In this document: positions 12,685 to 24,380 of the stretch, in pieces | Layout: every line of letters starts with the position of its first letter | Numbering within the stretch: position 1 is the stretch's first letter | Assembly: GCA_028023455.1 (NCBI GenBank) | Contig: JAQFVV010000006.1 | Location: forward strand, 5,766,001-5,830,000 | Length of the DNA stretch: 64,000 bases | Direction of reading: 5' to 3' | Source of the DNA: Epiperipatus broadwayi | Taxonomy: Eukaryota > Animalia > Onychophora | The notes under the pieces: generated by a model | What the model was told of the DNA's origin: nothing | The model's database searches: none | Seen by the model: the letters and a program-made list of their open reading frames with translations, nothing else | Position numbers and translations under genes: made by a program

Positions 12685-13270
12685 GATGTGATATGTTGGA
12701 CTATTTCCATCACCTATGAGTGAATGTTGAATGTATAGAAAATTGTAAACTTTATTTAAACTTTCCAAATACAAACAACTTGTTATTAATAACACACAAA
12801 TAGACAACAAAGGTTAGTAATTACACAATGTTTTGAGGAGTAGTATTCTCCACTCTTCTTCGGGTGTTGCTGGCCTATATGCACAGTGACAATATTCGCT
12901 TAGAAATTGAACTTGCACTTTTAGATTCTTGAATATCAAATTTAAGGCAAACACTCTATCAACTGAGCTATTCTGTGAAAGACTCAGTTGGTAGAGTGTT
13001 TGCCTTAAACATTAAATTCGATATTCAAGAATCTAAAGGTATGAGTTCAACTTCTAAGCGAATATTGCCACTGTGCATGTAGGCCAGCAACACCTGAAGA
13101 AGAGTGGAGAATAATACTACTCGAAACGTTGTGTAATTACTAACCTGTATTGTCTATTTGTGTTATTACTAACAATTTGTTTGTATTTGGAAAGTTTAAA
13201 TAAAGTTTAAAATTATCTATATATTCAACATTCACTCATAGATGATGGAAATACTCCAACATATCACATC
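12685..13270. mobile_element. Family C: 586-bp palindrome with back-to-back tRNA-like heads and outward-facing HHRs
   Basis: Arms of about 285 bp around a loop at 12968-12982; A box 12981-12996, B box 13043-13053, HHR 13090-13134. Confidence 0.85.
13090..13134 (+). ncRNA. Intact minimal type-I hammerhead, family C
   Basis: ACAC CUGAAGA A GAGUGG AGAAUAAUA CUACUC GAAA CG UU GUGU; extra A after A9; palindromic ACGU. Confidence 0.8.
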
Positions 13271-14014
13271 TAATAATATATCATCATCACAAACCTTCAG
13301 ATACAATTGATTTAATTATTAATCAAGCCTTAATGGTAATATTACATTTACAAATATATAACAGAAACAAAAAGAGACATTTGAATAATGATAGAAAAAG
13401 ACAAACGTCTGCAATGTAAGACAAGATACAACTCAGAAGTTTACTAATATTTTTAATTAATGGCTACATTTCTTGGAGACCTTTAATTTCTAGAAATTAA
13501 GTCATTACTTTAGTTTTCAGAATCATTAGACAATTATTCTTCAAATTTGAAATAATTAAATTTCAATCTCTATGTGATACATTTTAAATGAATTTAAAAA
13601 TAAAGATACCATGACTTACGAATTATTTAAATGCATAATCTTAACATCTTTTTTATTAATGCGCCCTCTAGTAGCAGTTGTATTTTTTTTTTAAATTTAA
13701 AATATTAATACTTACTCACCCCAATTCCCGTAAAAGATTAGCAAAGGGGATTGATTTAGTCAAAACGTATGTCTTGAGATCAATTTGCATTTTTTTATGT
13801 CTTTCTGTTGTTGCTTACAGAAGTAAAGGTTATTGTTAACGAACTTTTAAAAAGTCAAAACTGGTGAAATTAATTGAATATTATGGTCTGTGGTAACTCA
13901 GTTGCATGGTTTTGTTGTCTTGTTATTTTGATGAATGATCCTGAGTGTTTGTTAAGTCTTGTCACTTGCTGCATATTGGATATTTTTTATTTGGCAGTAA
14001 AGGTATGATAATCT

Positions 14015-14260
14015 ATTTATGTATCTATCCATACGTTTGTCTATCGATCTATCTATCCAGCCATCTATCCAACCATCCACTATCTATTTCTCCCTATATT
14101 AATCTACTGATTTATTAATCTATCTATTTATATCTACTTATTTTATATATCCATTTCTCTATTGGTCCACTTATCTATTCATCCATATATCTATTTAGCC
14201 ATTCATTTATCCATCCATCTATTTAACTATCTACCAATTTACATGTACCTTACTGCATCC
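14015..14260. repeat. Decayed (ATCT/ATCC)n microsatellite
   Basis: Repeated tatc/catc tetramers. Confidence 0.8.
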
Positions 14261-14524
14261 ATTGATTATAAAGGCTTGCACTTGGTGGCACTACTGTATG
14301 GAGAGTTTGGCACTCTTATTAGAAGCATGTGTAAACATATGAAATTGTGATCATACGATGTTTCAATCAATATTATAACTTTATAGCTCTGTTAAGATTT
14401 TATTAGTAGTAAGTATTAGAAGGCAAAGAAATATATGGTTAATATATAAGAAAATGTATAAAAAATTCATGGTAAAATTGCTGTTTAATTGAAACTACAA
14501 TAATACAATTTTTTATTTATATAT

Positions 14525-16450
14525 TGTTATATCTGCACTTACGACTGTGCCAATGTTATAACAGCAAGTCAGACTGTGTGGTCAGCAAATAACGTTATAC
14601 AATTCCCATGCTGTTTTTTTCCAATGAGTGCTCTCCAACGAATCGGTCTGCAATGAATGCTCTCCAACGAATTGGTCTGAAATGAATGCTCTCCAATGAA
14701 TTGGTCTGCAACGAATGCTGTCCAACAAATTGGTCTGCAATCTCTCTGCTGAAATGGTCTGCAACGAATGCTCTCCAACAAATTGGTTTGCAATGAAGCT
14801 CTCCCATGAATTGGTCTGCAACAAAGCTCTCCAATGAATGCTCTATTTTTGCAACTAATGCTCTGCTCTGTAATGAATGCTTCTACTCTGCAACTAATGC
14901 TCTGCTCTGCAACGAATGCTTCTAAATATCTCCACTGCAGTCTCCCCATCTCTGTGGGCTCTTTCAGCTACACCCGTGGACTACATTTCCACTGGGTGCT
15001 GGTCATTAACTGCCAGCACTGACATGAGATATCTCCACTGGTGTTAAACTGACGTCTACTCTAATACTGCTACTCAACTGTGTGACTGCTCTCTACTGGA
15101 GTTGTCCTCTAATTACTGCCCTGCATAGATGTTACCCAGTCTTCTTATCGCTTACTGACAACTGCAACAATTAATCATTGTCCAATAAGGTAATGTCTGA
15201 TATCTAGAAATATTTGCAATCAGCAAATATCTCTTGGAATTATCATCCACCATTACGTTAATTAATTCCTGTTATCAGTGCGTGATCTAAAAACAACAAC
15301 TCGAATAAATTCTAGTTCTTTCTGGAGTGCACAAAAATGTCTGCCATTTTTCAAAACACTACACACCTCCCTCCACTCCAGAAAAACCCTTGTTGCTATT
15401 CCTTGGTGTTTTGTTGTTGTTTTTCTATTCCTACTTTCCTGTAATTTCACTAAGAAATGTACGATTTAACTCTGCTGCCGAAACTTTTTCGCCAGTAACG
15501 TTCAATGGTGACTGTGCAAACGTGGTGGAACTCAGCTTCTGATATTAACATTATACTAACTGGGCTTTCTATTTTTCACATTTCTCCAATTGTAGCTAAA
15601 CTTGATGTAATTAAAAACTTATTCGCTACTCACAGGTTCAAAATGCGACTGCGCCAATGTTATATCTGCACTTATGACTGTGCCAATGTTATAACTGCAA
15701 GTCATACTGTGCAGTCAGCAAATAACATTATACAATTCCCATGCTGTTCTTTTCCAATGAGTGCTCTCCAATGAATCGGTCTGCAACGAATGCTCTCCAA
15801 CGAATTGGTCTGCAATCTCTCTGCTGAATTGGTCTGCAACGAATGCTCTCCAACGAAGCTCTCCCATGAATTGGTCTGCAATGAAGCTCTCCAACAAATT
15901 GGTCTGCAATGAAGCTCTCCAATGAATGCTCTATTCCTGCAACTAATGCTCTGCTCTGCAACGAATGCTTCTACTCTGCAACTAATGCTCTGCTCTGCAA
16001 CTAATGCTTCTAAATATCTCCACTGCAGTCTTCCCATCTCTGTGGGCTCTTTCAGCTACACCCGTGGACTACATTTCCACTGGGCACTGGTCATTAACTG
16101 CCAGTACTGACACGAGATATCTTCACTGGTGTTAAACCGACATCTACTCTAATACTGCTACTCAACTGTGTGACAGCTCTCTACTGGAGTTGTCTTCTAA
16201 TTACTGCCCTGCGTAGATGTTACCCAGTCTTCTTATCACTTACTGACAACTGCAACAATTAATCATTGTCCAATAAGGTAACATCTTATATCTAGAAATA
16301 TTTGCAATCAGCAAATATCTCTTGGAATTATCGTCCGCCATTATGTTAATTAATTCCTGTTATCAGCGCACGATCTAAAAACAACAACTCGAATAAATTC
16401 TAGTTTTTCTGGAGTGCACAAAAATGTCTGCCATTTTTCAAAACACTACA
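14525..16450 (-). mobile_element. Non-coding TRIM-like LTR retroelement (LTRs 15658-16450 and 14525-15363; 294-bp interior)
   Basis: LTRs TGTAGT...TAACA; PBS TGGCGCAGTCG (15646-15656, tRNA-Ser type); PPT GGAGTGGAGGGAGGTG (15364-15379); 5-bp TSD TATAT. Confidence 0.9.
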
Positions 16451-16604
16451 TATATAATCCGCAATCTATAGGATAAAAGTTATCTATTAACTACTGTTAT
16501 CATACGATTCAGAAATAATATAAATTAAATTTCATATTCCAATTGCTTATAGTATTATATCTATGTATGCATATATATATTTATTATTTTAAAAAAATCA
16601 AGCC

Positions 16605-16810
16605 AGATGTCACATGATCTAATTTAAACAAGCTTGTATTATAAATGTTATATAAAGAGCTCGCAAATAAGCTCTTAACAAGCTTCACAGAAAATCCCTA
16701 ACCCAGACCAGTTTCTGCTACTGGCTTCCTCGGTGAGGTGCTAGGATATTCAAGCATTAGATTGTTAAGAGCTTATTTGTGAGCTATTTATATAGCATTT
16801 GCATATTGTT
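16605..16810 (-). mobile_element. Family E HHR element with an inverted 5' segment
   Basis: CCUCA CCGAGGA AGC CAGUA GCA GAAA CUGG UC UGGGU at 16701-16738; inverted arms; homolog at 39325-39420. Confidence 0.65.
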
Positions 16811-17282
16811 AATGAATTAAGTAAAGACACACATGTTGAGATTTTGAAAGTTTAAAAATATGTGTTTATAGCAATTAGAAAACAGAAATTCTTAGAGACT
16901 TAATTAATTTGTTTCCATTTAAAGAAGGCAGATACCAATTAATGAGTAGATATTAATTAAGTCAACAGGTTATAAATTTCTTGGTTATATAATTAATAGA
17001 TTATAGCTTTGTTATCTGGGAATTATAGGAAATAAAATGACATGTGTAAGAACACTCACCATTCTTTGCTAAAGATGCTGTAAGACTTAACCAAGAAAAA
17101 TGGAAGGTTGAAGTGCCATAGAACATGAAGTTTTATCCAGAGATACAAGTCATGCATGAATACTGCTGCATGCTGGGCTTTCATATAATGCATAAAATAC
17201 TTACCTGCCAATTTATTTTGTTTATTTTGTGAATAGGTTTGTACTTTTAATGTTATACGTTTGATGAGCTGTAAAATTATTT

Positions 17283-17529
17283 ATAATAACCAATCTAGCT
17301 ACAATTGAAACAAACAATTAATTATATTTACAATTATTTAATTATCAACCCGGCTTTCATCTCTCATTGAGGCAGTTTCGAGATATAAAGTTTGATACAT
17401 CATATGATCTATTAATTACTTTATATCTTGAAAACATCTCAAATTAAGAGACGAAAGCTGGGTTGATAATTAAATAATTATAAATATAATTAGTTGCTTG
17501 TTTCAATTTTATTTAGACTGATTATTATA
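17283..17529. mobile_element. Family F palindrome with a U3-A8 hammerhead variant at 17424-17468 (+)
   Basis: Arms of about 105 bp; UAUC UUGAAAA C AUCUC AAAUUAA GAGAC GAAA GCUGGG UU GAUA. Confidence 0.6.
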
Positions 17530-18055
17530 TTAAGTATATATCTATAGTAACATTGTGGACAAATATTTTTTATATTGAATATTTAGCCATTGTATATAAA
17601 ATTATTTATGTGATCGTTAAAAAATTAGAATTAAAATAATGGTTGATAAACCAACAATCTGTAGAGAATTGTAACAAGTAATTAATAATTCATAAGACTT
17701 TTAATTTATAAAATATACTTACTTATTGATAAAATATACAAGCAATAATTTACATTTCAAGGATTAAATAAATAATTCTGACAGAATTTTTTAAAACAAG
17801 ATGAAGTTTACATGAGATTATTAATTCATGATATCCCCTCCTCTCTTTTTTTATTTTTTTTTATTTAAATTAAGTGAAAATGAAATTTCTGGATTTTATT
17901 TGAAAATAAGTGGAATTCTTTTATTTACATACAGACGAAATTAGAATTACAAAATTTTTAAAGTAATAGGTAACAAAATAACTTTATATTTGAAACCTAT
18001 TTTTGGTTCAGTCTGCATAGTTATAATATGTCAATGCAATGGATGTATTTGTCAA

Positions 18056-18153
18056 GCGTTGGTGGTCCAGAGGTCAGCACAGCTGCCTTACAAGCAGTTG
18101 TCCCGGTTTAGAGAGTTCGCTTCCCAGTGGACGCTATGACACATGAAAAAAAA
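18056..18153 (+). mobile_element. tRNA-Gly-derived SINE with TSD
   Basis: gcgttggtggtccagaggtcagcacagctgcc...gacacatg poly(A); flanks caatggatgtatttgtca / caatagatgtatttatca (16 of 18 identical). Confidence 0.8.
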
Positions 18154-18365
18154 TTCAATAGATGTATTTATCATGCAAAGATATATAACAAAAAAAATGT
18201 TAAAAATTTAATATAATTATTAGAAATTAAATATTCTTATATTTACTAATATAAAGCTGAATTAAATAAACTTATATCATAGACAAAATGGACAAATTAA
18301 TTTGCATACGCATTTGCATACATTATTATTTAGTAACATTACAGCAATGGTTTATAACCTATTTT

Positions 18366-18404
18366 GGCCATGAATATGAGGGAAAACCTCGAAAATACTA
18401 AGCC
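18366..18404 (+). ncRNA. Hammerhead variant, A3-U8 core (family D), partly decayed
   Basis: GGCC AUGAAUA U GAGG GAAAA CCUC GAAA AUAC UA AGCC. Confidence 0.55.
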
Positions 18405-19041
18405 TAGATTAATTTGATTTAATTGTTTTTGGTTACTACTGACAGCTTCTTCAGCGGGTTAAATCGCATATATATGCTATTATATCATAGCTGTGAATTA
18501 TTTTAGCAGATTTATTTAGAATAAATTGAAAAATGACATTTCTACATAGTCTATGATGATGATGATGATTATTTCTGATTTAATTTGGTTTAATTAAATA
18601 ACAGTATGAAATCAATAATTTTCAACATAAATAATTGTTTAGTTCATGACATTGGCTAATGCATCCTTTCTCCATTAGCCCGGGTAACCCTATGCAAAAG
18701 TATTACATTAATATAGCTATACTTCCAATTGAAGTCTTTTGTTTTTATTGTCTCTTGCATGTTTTTCGTGGCTTGTTGATATATTTAAATCATAAGACTG
18801 CTTAACTACCTCACATCTCACACTGTAACCTAGCTTTAATTAAAACATTTTCTGAAAAATTTAATTTTTTTAGCCTTACGTAAATTTATTTGAAAAATAT
18901 ACTTACTCTGCCAGGTGCTTTTTGCCCAATATCTTTCTATAATTATTTTAATTTCCAAACACATTAAGTAACATTGATTTTTCCCTTTGGTTGTATTTGT
19001 ACTTCAAATTTTTATGTTTATTGATCTGCATAATGAAATGC

Positions 19042-19200
19042 ATTCTTTCTTCTTTATAATCTAAAGCTGAGCGCACTTTCGGTAAAATTCACCATAATCT
19101 TACTTAAATTTTCAGCAACAATAATTAATTTAAGAGAGTTACGATTCTAGAGAACTTCACTAAAAGTTCACTCAGCTTTAAATTATAACAAAGAAAGAAA
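19042..19200. mobile_element. Small palindrome with a decayed A3-U8-type HHR (19065-19105, -)
   Basis: Inverted arms; AAGU AAGAUUA U GGUGA AUUU UACC GAAA GUGCGC UC AGCU. Confidence 0.5.
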
Positions 19201-20173
19201 CCACTTCATTGAATATGCAAACAAACTTATGCAAATTTGAAACTCATTAATTCTTCACCTTTTAATTAAACTGAGGTCACTTATTTAAAAATTCATTTAA
19301 TAAAATATTTGAACAGTTTGATTTCTTTTTGATTTATAATTACATAGATGCTTTTTTGAAAGAAAATATTTTAATACAAAATTAAAACTTAGTAGGTAAA
19401 ATTTTATAATGCTTAATCCTGTCAAAAACTTGATAAGAAATTCTTTTTAACTATTTCTGGTTATTCCTTTTTTAAATTTATAAATATACTCACATGACAT
19501 AAATGCATATATTTACATGACATAAATGCCGTAATGCATATATACAACAAGATTAAAAATACAAACACTCTTGCACCAATAAATAGATGTTTGTTTTTAT
19601 CACATTTTTGCTATCTAGTGTAATTTTAGTAAGCAATACCTGCCAAGGGGTAATGCTTATTAAATACATATTCTATGCTGTCATATTCAATATTCTCTAA
19701 CTAGTTTCTAACTTTGAGGACCTTTTGGGTCTAGCATTCTTCAGGATTAATGCATCTTTCCTCTAGTATCCATCGTTTTTTCTTTATTTAATGATGTTAA
19801 CTGTTTATATTTCTTCTATACAAAATGTAATAAATGTAATATGTGTGCTTATACACAACTATAGAGAAGGTTGTTATTTTTATAAATTAAATATGGCTTA
19901 GCACTTTCAAAAACGTATAGCATTCTCATTGTTTTACAATCAAGAAACTAGTATTTATTGATTACTGAAGCTAACACTAGGTGGCAGAATGTGCTGAGAA
20001 AAAAATTTGCTGCTGAACAGCATGATGTAAGCACAAGTCATGTGATATTTTATTGATTAATTAAATAGGAACAGGTGGGTGGATTAAAAAGCATTTATTG
20101 CTCATTTAAAATGTATTTATACTTCCATTTTAAAATATTTTTTTTATTAATTTATATTTTTAATATTTCTTAG

Positions 20174-20287
20174 ATGTTGCCTGACCACTCATTTACGTTA
20201 ACTTACTGTATTTATTGTGGTATTGGTATTTTTGCTGCCGTTAGCAGCCTTTTCTTGAGGATAGAAACCAAAGGACAGAGTCTAAAG
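20174..20287 (+). CDS. SVOP: SVOP-like transporter, TM12 exon
   Basis: cttag|ATG...AAG|gtatt; MLPDHSFTLTYCIYCGIGIFAAVSSLFLRIETKGQSLK ends in the ETKG motif. Confidence 0.85.
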
Positions 20288-20629
20288 GTATTATTTGCTA
20301 TCTTATTTCGTAGACTTCCTAATACTCATTTTCACATAGGATATACTTGTTTAATAATTAAAAGATTTTCGTAGCTTTTTTGGTGGAAATATTAATAATT
20401 TTAATGTTCATCATGATAAAATAAACCACAAGTTTAATATCAAAAAGCTACATGCAGTTTATCAATTCCTTCAACAACAAAAAAAATGGTATTTTATCAA
20501 TTTCTCCCAATTTTGTAATAGAATGCTGATGGCCATATTTATAAATATTCAATAAAAATAATAAAATGTCTAAGAGAGCAGTTCCTATTTAGAAGCAATA
20601 TATCACCTCTGATTTTAACTACCCACTAT

Positions 20630-20775
20630 GTCATAATGAGACCTGAAAAGAGACCACATGTGAGATGGATGATGTGATATGATGTGGAGAAGGGGGGCTA
20701 CATATCGGAAAAGTTGGATTGATCTTGGAGAGATCTTCATCCTGAAGTTGATCATAGTGGTTGAAAATGATGCCA
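20630..20775 (+). mobile_element. RTE LINE 3'-end fragment
   Basis: agacctgaaaagagaccacatgtgagatggatg...gatgatg, similar to 11290-11455. Confidence 0.75.
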
Positions 20776-20959
20776 TAATAAAATATTAAAGGTTTGTGAA
20801 TGCTGGAATAAAACTGTCTTTTTTTTTTTTCAATCTTTTAAATCTTTTTCAACATTCTTATCATTTTACCTATGAGTCATTCGCAGTTTTGTTTGAAATA
20901 CATCAAGTGATTTTATTGCAAAATTACAATTTTTTATTTTCAAGTTTAATATTTTTACC

Positions 20960-22110
20960 ATCAGAAGACAATTTTTATTGGGGAATATAAAGTTCAATGT
21001 TGTGAATAGATATAACTATTTGGGAATCGTCTTAAGTAATCAGAGAAATTGCTTGGATGAATGGGAGAAACAACTAATAAATGAAGCAAAAAAAATAAAG
21101 GGATTGATAAATAAATATGATGAAGCTAGAATTGTATGGAAGAGTGGTGGTAGCAGGGTTAACATATGGTAACAGTGTGTTATGTTTTAGTAAAGGGATA
21201 TTAGATTACTTGGAAAAAGTACAAAGAGAAGTAGAAAGACATGCATTAGATACAGATGTGTGAATGGCAAAGGAGGCAATTCAAGGAGAAATGAAATGGT
21301 CAAGTTTTTATATTAGGGATACAAAAAGCAAAATGAAAATGTTTGATAGATTGCAGTTTATGGATAATAAAAAAAAAAGCCAAAATAGTATTTAATTGGG
21401 TTATGAATAAAGGGCAGGTAACAAGATGGATGAGAAAGATAATATGATATGCAGAAGATTTGGATAAAGAATTTATGTCAGTATACTTGTACAAAAGGTG
21501 GGATGATTGTGTTAGGAGAATTGTTGAGTGTTATAGTGGTAAGGAATGGGATAGAAGAATAAATGCATTAATAAAGAATAGGGAATTGGAGAGATGGAGA
21601 ACTAGTAAGGAGAGTAAAAAGAGTTTAAATATATATAGTAAATGGAATATTGGGTGCAAGCTACTTTATGATAATAGTAAGCAAAGTAGTTTACTGTTTA
21701 AGGCTCAAATGGGATCTTTAGCAACAAAGGAATATACACGTAAATGGAAAATGTGGGTGATTTCGACTGCAAGTTGTGTAAGGAAGGCATAGAAAATATT
21801 AAACATGTAAATACCTGAAAGCAAAAAGGGTATAAATAGTGAATTTGTGAAAGAAAACATATAAACAAAGTGATTATACAGAAAATGGGTTATTGGTTTT
21901 TAATCCTGGGTTTGGGAAAAGATAAGGAGGATTTAGATATAAAGGCCATGGAGTTGACAAAGATTATGTTGTGGAAATGGGATGGAGCAGGATATGAGAA
22001 AACTTAGGGTGGGGAATGAAAAGGGTAGGTAAAGTGGCTAACAAGTTTCTCCGAGCATAGTTGCCGAGAGATTCCTGACTCTGTATAAAGAGAAGTCACA
22101 GTGCATCACA
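20960..22110 (+). mobile_element. Decayed non-LTR retrotransposon 3' part (RT end and zinc-finger region)
   Basis: YNYLGIVLS; LLFKAQMGSL; CKLCKEGIENIKHV in a shifted frame; (ATCAC)n-like tail at about 22097. Confidence 0.65.
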
Positions 22111-22679
22111 TCATATCACATCAAGAATAGAGACTTGAATTAGCAGTAAAATCTGGATGCCATTCTCTTACATTTTGAAACTTTTCATTCTGTTACACCT
22201 GACTGAAATGTTGAGGTACTTGTCCATATTATGGAAACATTTTATTTGGATGGCTTTACAGAAAATAAACTGAAAGTAGTAATATTTCTGAAGTGTAATT
22301 GTCACTGCACCACCCTCACACAAGCATGAAATGTGCATCTTCATCTTGGGGATCATATATCTTTTTCACATGGTTTTGGTCATGTTTATGATTACACCCC
22401 TCCGTAAAAAAGTGGGTAGAAACCAGTCTCTACCTTGTGTAAGAGTGGTGTAGTAAAAATTATACTATAGAAATATTAATCATTAACTGGATAATTTCTA
22501 ATCTAATGAATGACTAATAAATATTATTAATATATTTTCATCAAAAGGAACATACGTTTCATATGTATGATAATATAGCATTTTTTTATTGCTTTAAATT
22601 TTCAAAACAAACTTTTAGTAATTATACCACACTTCAAACACTCGTTCGCGAAGGTAGAACTTATCAAAATTAAATATCA

Positions 22680-22721
22680 GGCTTAGCACTTTCGAGGTCT
22701 TTTAATCTCATAATCATATCC
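22680..22721 (-). ncRNA. Hammerhead variant, A3-U8 core (family D), partly decayed
   Basis: GGAU AUGAUUA U GAGA UUAAAAGA CCUC GAAA GUGC UA AGCC. Confidence 0.55.
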
Positions 22722-24184
22722 AAAGAGTTAGAAACATTGTGGTGTTGTTGATGTATGCTAATATATACAAATTAATCTTTGTATGTAAAACAATTTTTAA
22801 TATATATACATAATAAATTGCTGGTTAAAATTTTAACTATCATTCAATTGCTTTAATTTTGTATGGTATTAATGGAAAGGATATAAAACTAACTTGGAAA
22901 ATTCCAAATAGTTTAATTCATCTGGACAACAATGGCCTTCTCTTCTTTGGAATTGTTTCATGTCAATGAGTAAATGGCAATCAGAATAAATATATGCTGC
23001 TGTACTTCGTATAGAAATAATAAACTACATTTTAATCTACAAGTCTTTATTTATATGTCTGAAATGTTTGTGATGGAATAGAAATATGAAATATATATGA
23101 AAATAAAATTGAATATTTATAAAAATATTTAGAAAGAGAATAGAAGACTTTAAAATTTTAAGAACAGTATGACCAGACCGTTCTGGAGTATACCAGCCAA
23201 ATGTCACCACTATTAATAGTACTAATAAGTCGGCATGAAATCAAAACATTTTTTTAATCTCAGGTTTTAACTTAAGTAGCTTTGAAATAGACTAAGTATA
23301 GTGAATTAGTGTTTTTTATAGCAGATTTTGAAATGAACAAAACATATTCAGTAATAAATCATCTAGCTCACAAATATGATTTCTTCTGCTTCTACTTGAT
23401 ATAATGTTCTAAAGACTTATATTGTCATGAATGAAACAAGCTCGTCTATAAACAAATATTTGTGGAAGAGAAAGGGTTAATTTGTGGGTGGGAAATTTGT
23501 AGCCTTCAAGCCACATGGCCTTTTCAAGTTATTTGTGTAGTCTTATCCATAGTTTAAAAATGTATTTTTATGTAAAATGAGATATAATAAAAGATTACAA
23601 TCAATATGATGTGTGGATATCAGCATATCAATAAACACCTACTATAACCAAGATTTCATATATGTTATTTTAGAGGCCTGCAGCACATTGAATATTATTG
23701 TATTAAAGATGCACACTGCTGCTAATAATAATGCATCCTACTACATAATTTTTATGATTGTATTGATATTATTTTATTCAATAATGAGTTTACTGTTAGT
23801 GTTAATGTAAATAATTTTTCAGAAATCCTATAATCAGTTACAAATCTATTGACTCCATGCAGGCATTTTCAAGGCTGCACAAATTGAATGTGGGTTTCCA
23901 TGGTAAAAGGTCTCCCACTCCTGGGTTAAATAAAACTAATCTGTTATCATAAGACCTGCCAGCTAGATATGATTTGGTATGTGCAGTTTATTGCAGTGAT
24001 AGAGTGTCCAACTTTGAAGCTTAGGACCTTTGGATAAGTTCTGGGTCTGGCATTTATAGGATCTCCCTAGCAATAAAGCTGTTAGACTATCTTTTTTTAC
24101 CTTAATGAGTAGGTCATAATGGTTTTACTTTTAAAAGGCTCTGACATTTACAGAATCTCCCTAGCAATAAAGCCATTAAACTAT

Positions 24185-24380
24185 ATTGGTTTTACAATTT
24201 ATCCAAACCGCTTCAAACACTTTTTAGCAAAACTCTTTATTCGTACATATATATATGCATATGTTTCGACTAACCTGCAGTCTTCTTCAGAGCAAGTTTA
24301 TTTTTATCTTCTAAATATAAAAAAAGTGTTTGAAGTGGTTTGGATAAATTGTATTTGTAGGATATTATGGCAAAAATAAA
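24185..24380. mobile_element. Family B palindromic element
   Basis: Arms caatttatccaaaccgcttcaaacactttt / aaaagtgtttgaagtggtttggataaattg; HHR core on - at about 24262-24290. Confidence 0.65.

Noticed and set aside
14569-16037. ORFs in all three minus-strand frames (up to 126 aa)
   Set aside because: By-product of the stop-poor 29-bp repeat inside the LTRs; no domain signal
20288-20374. ORF extension past the SVOP TM12 exon (and likewise 60470-60501 for Mmp2)
   Set aside because: Read-through into introns beyond canonical GT donors
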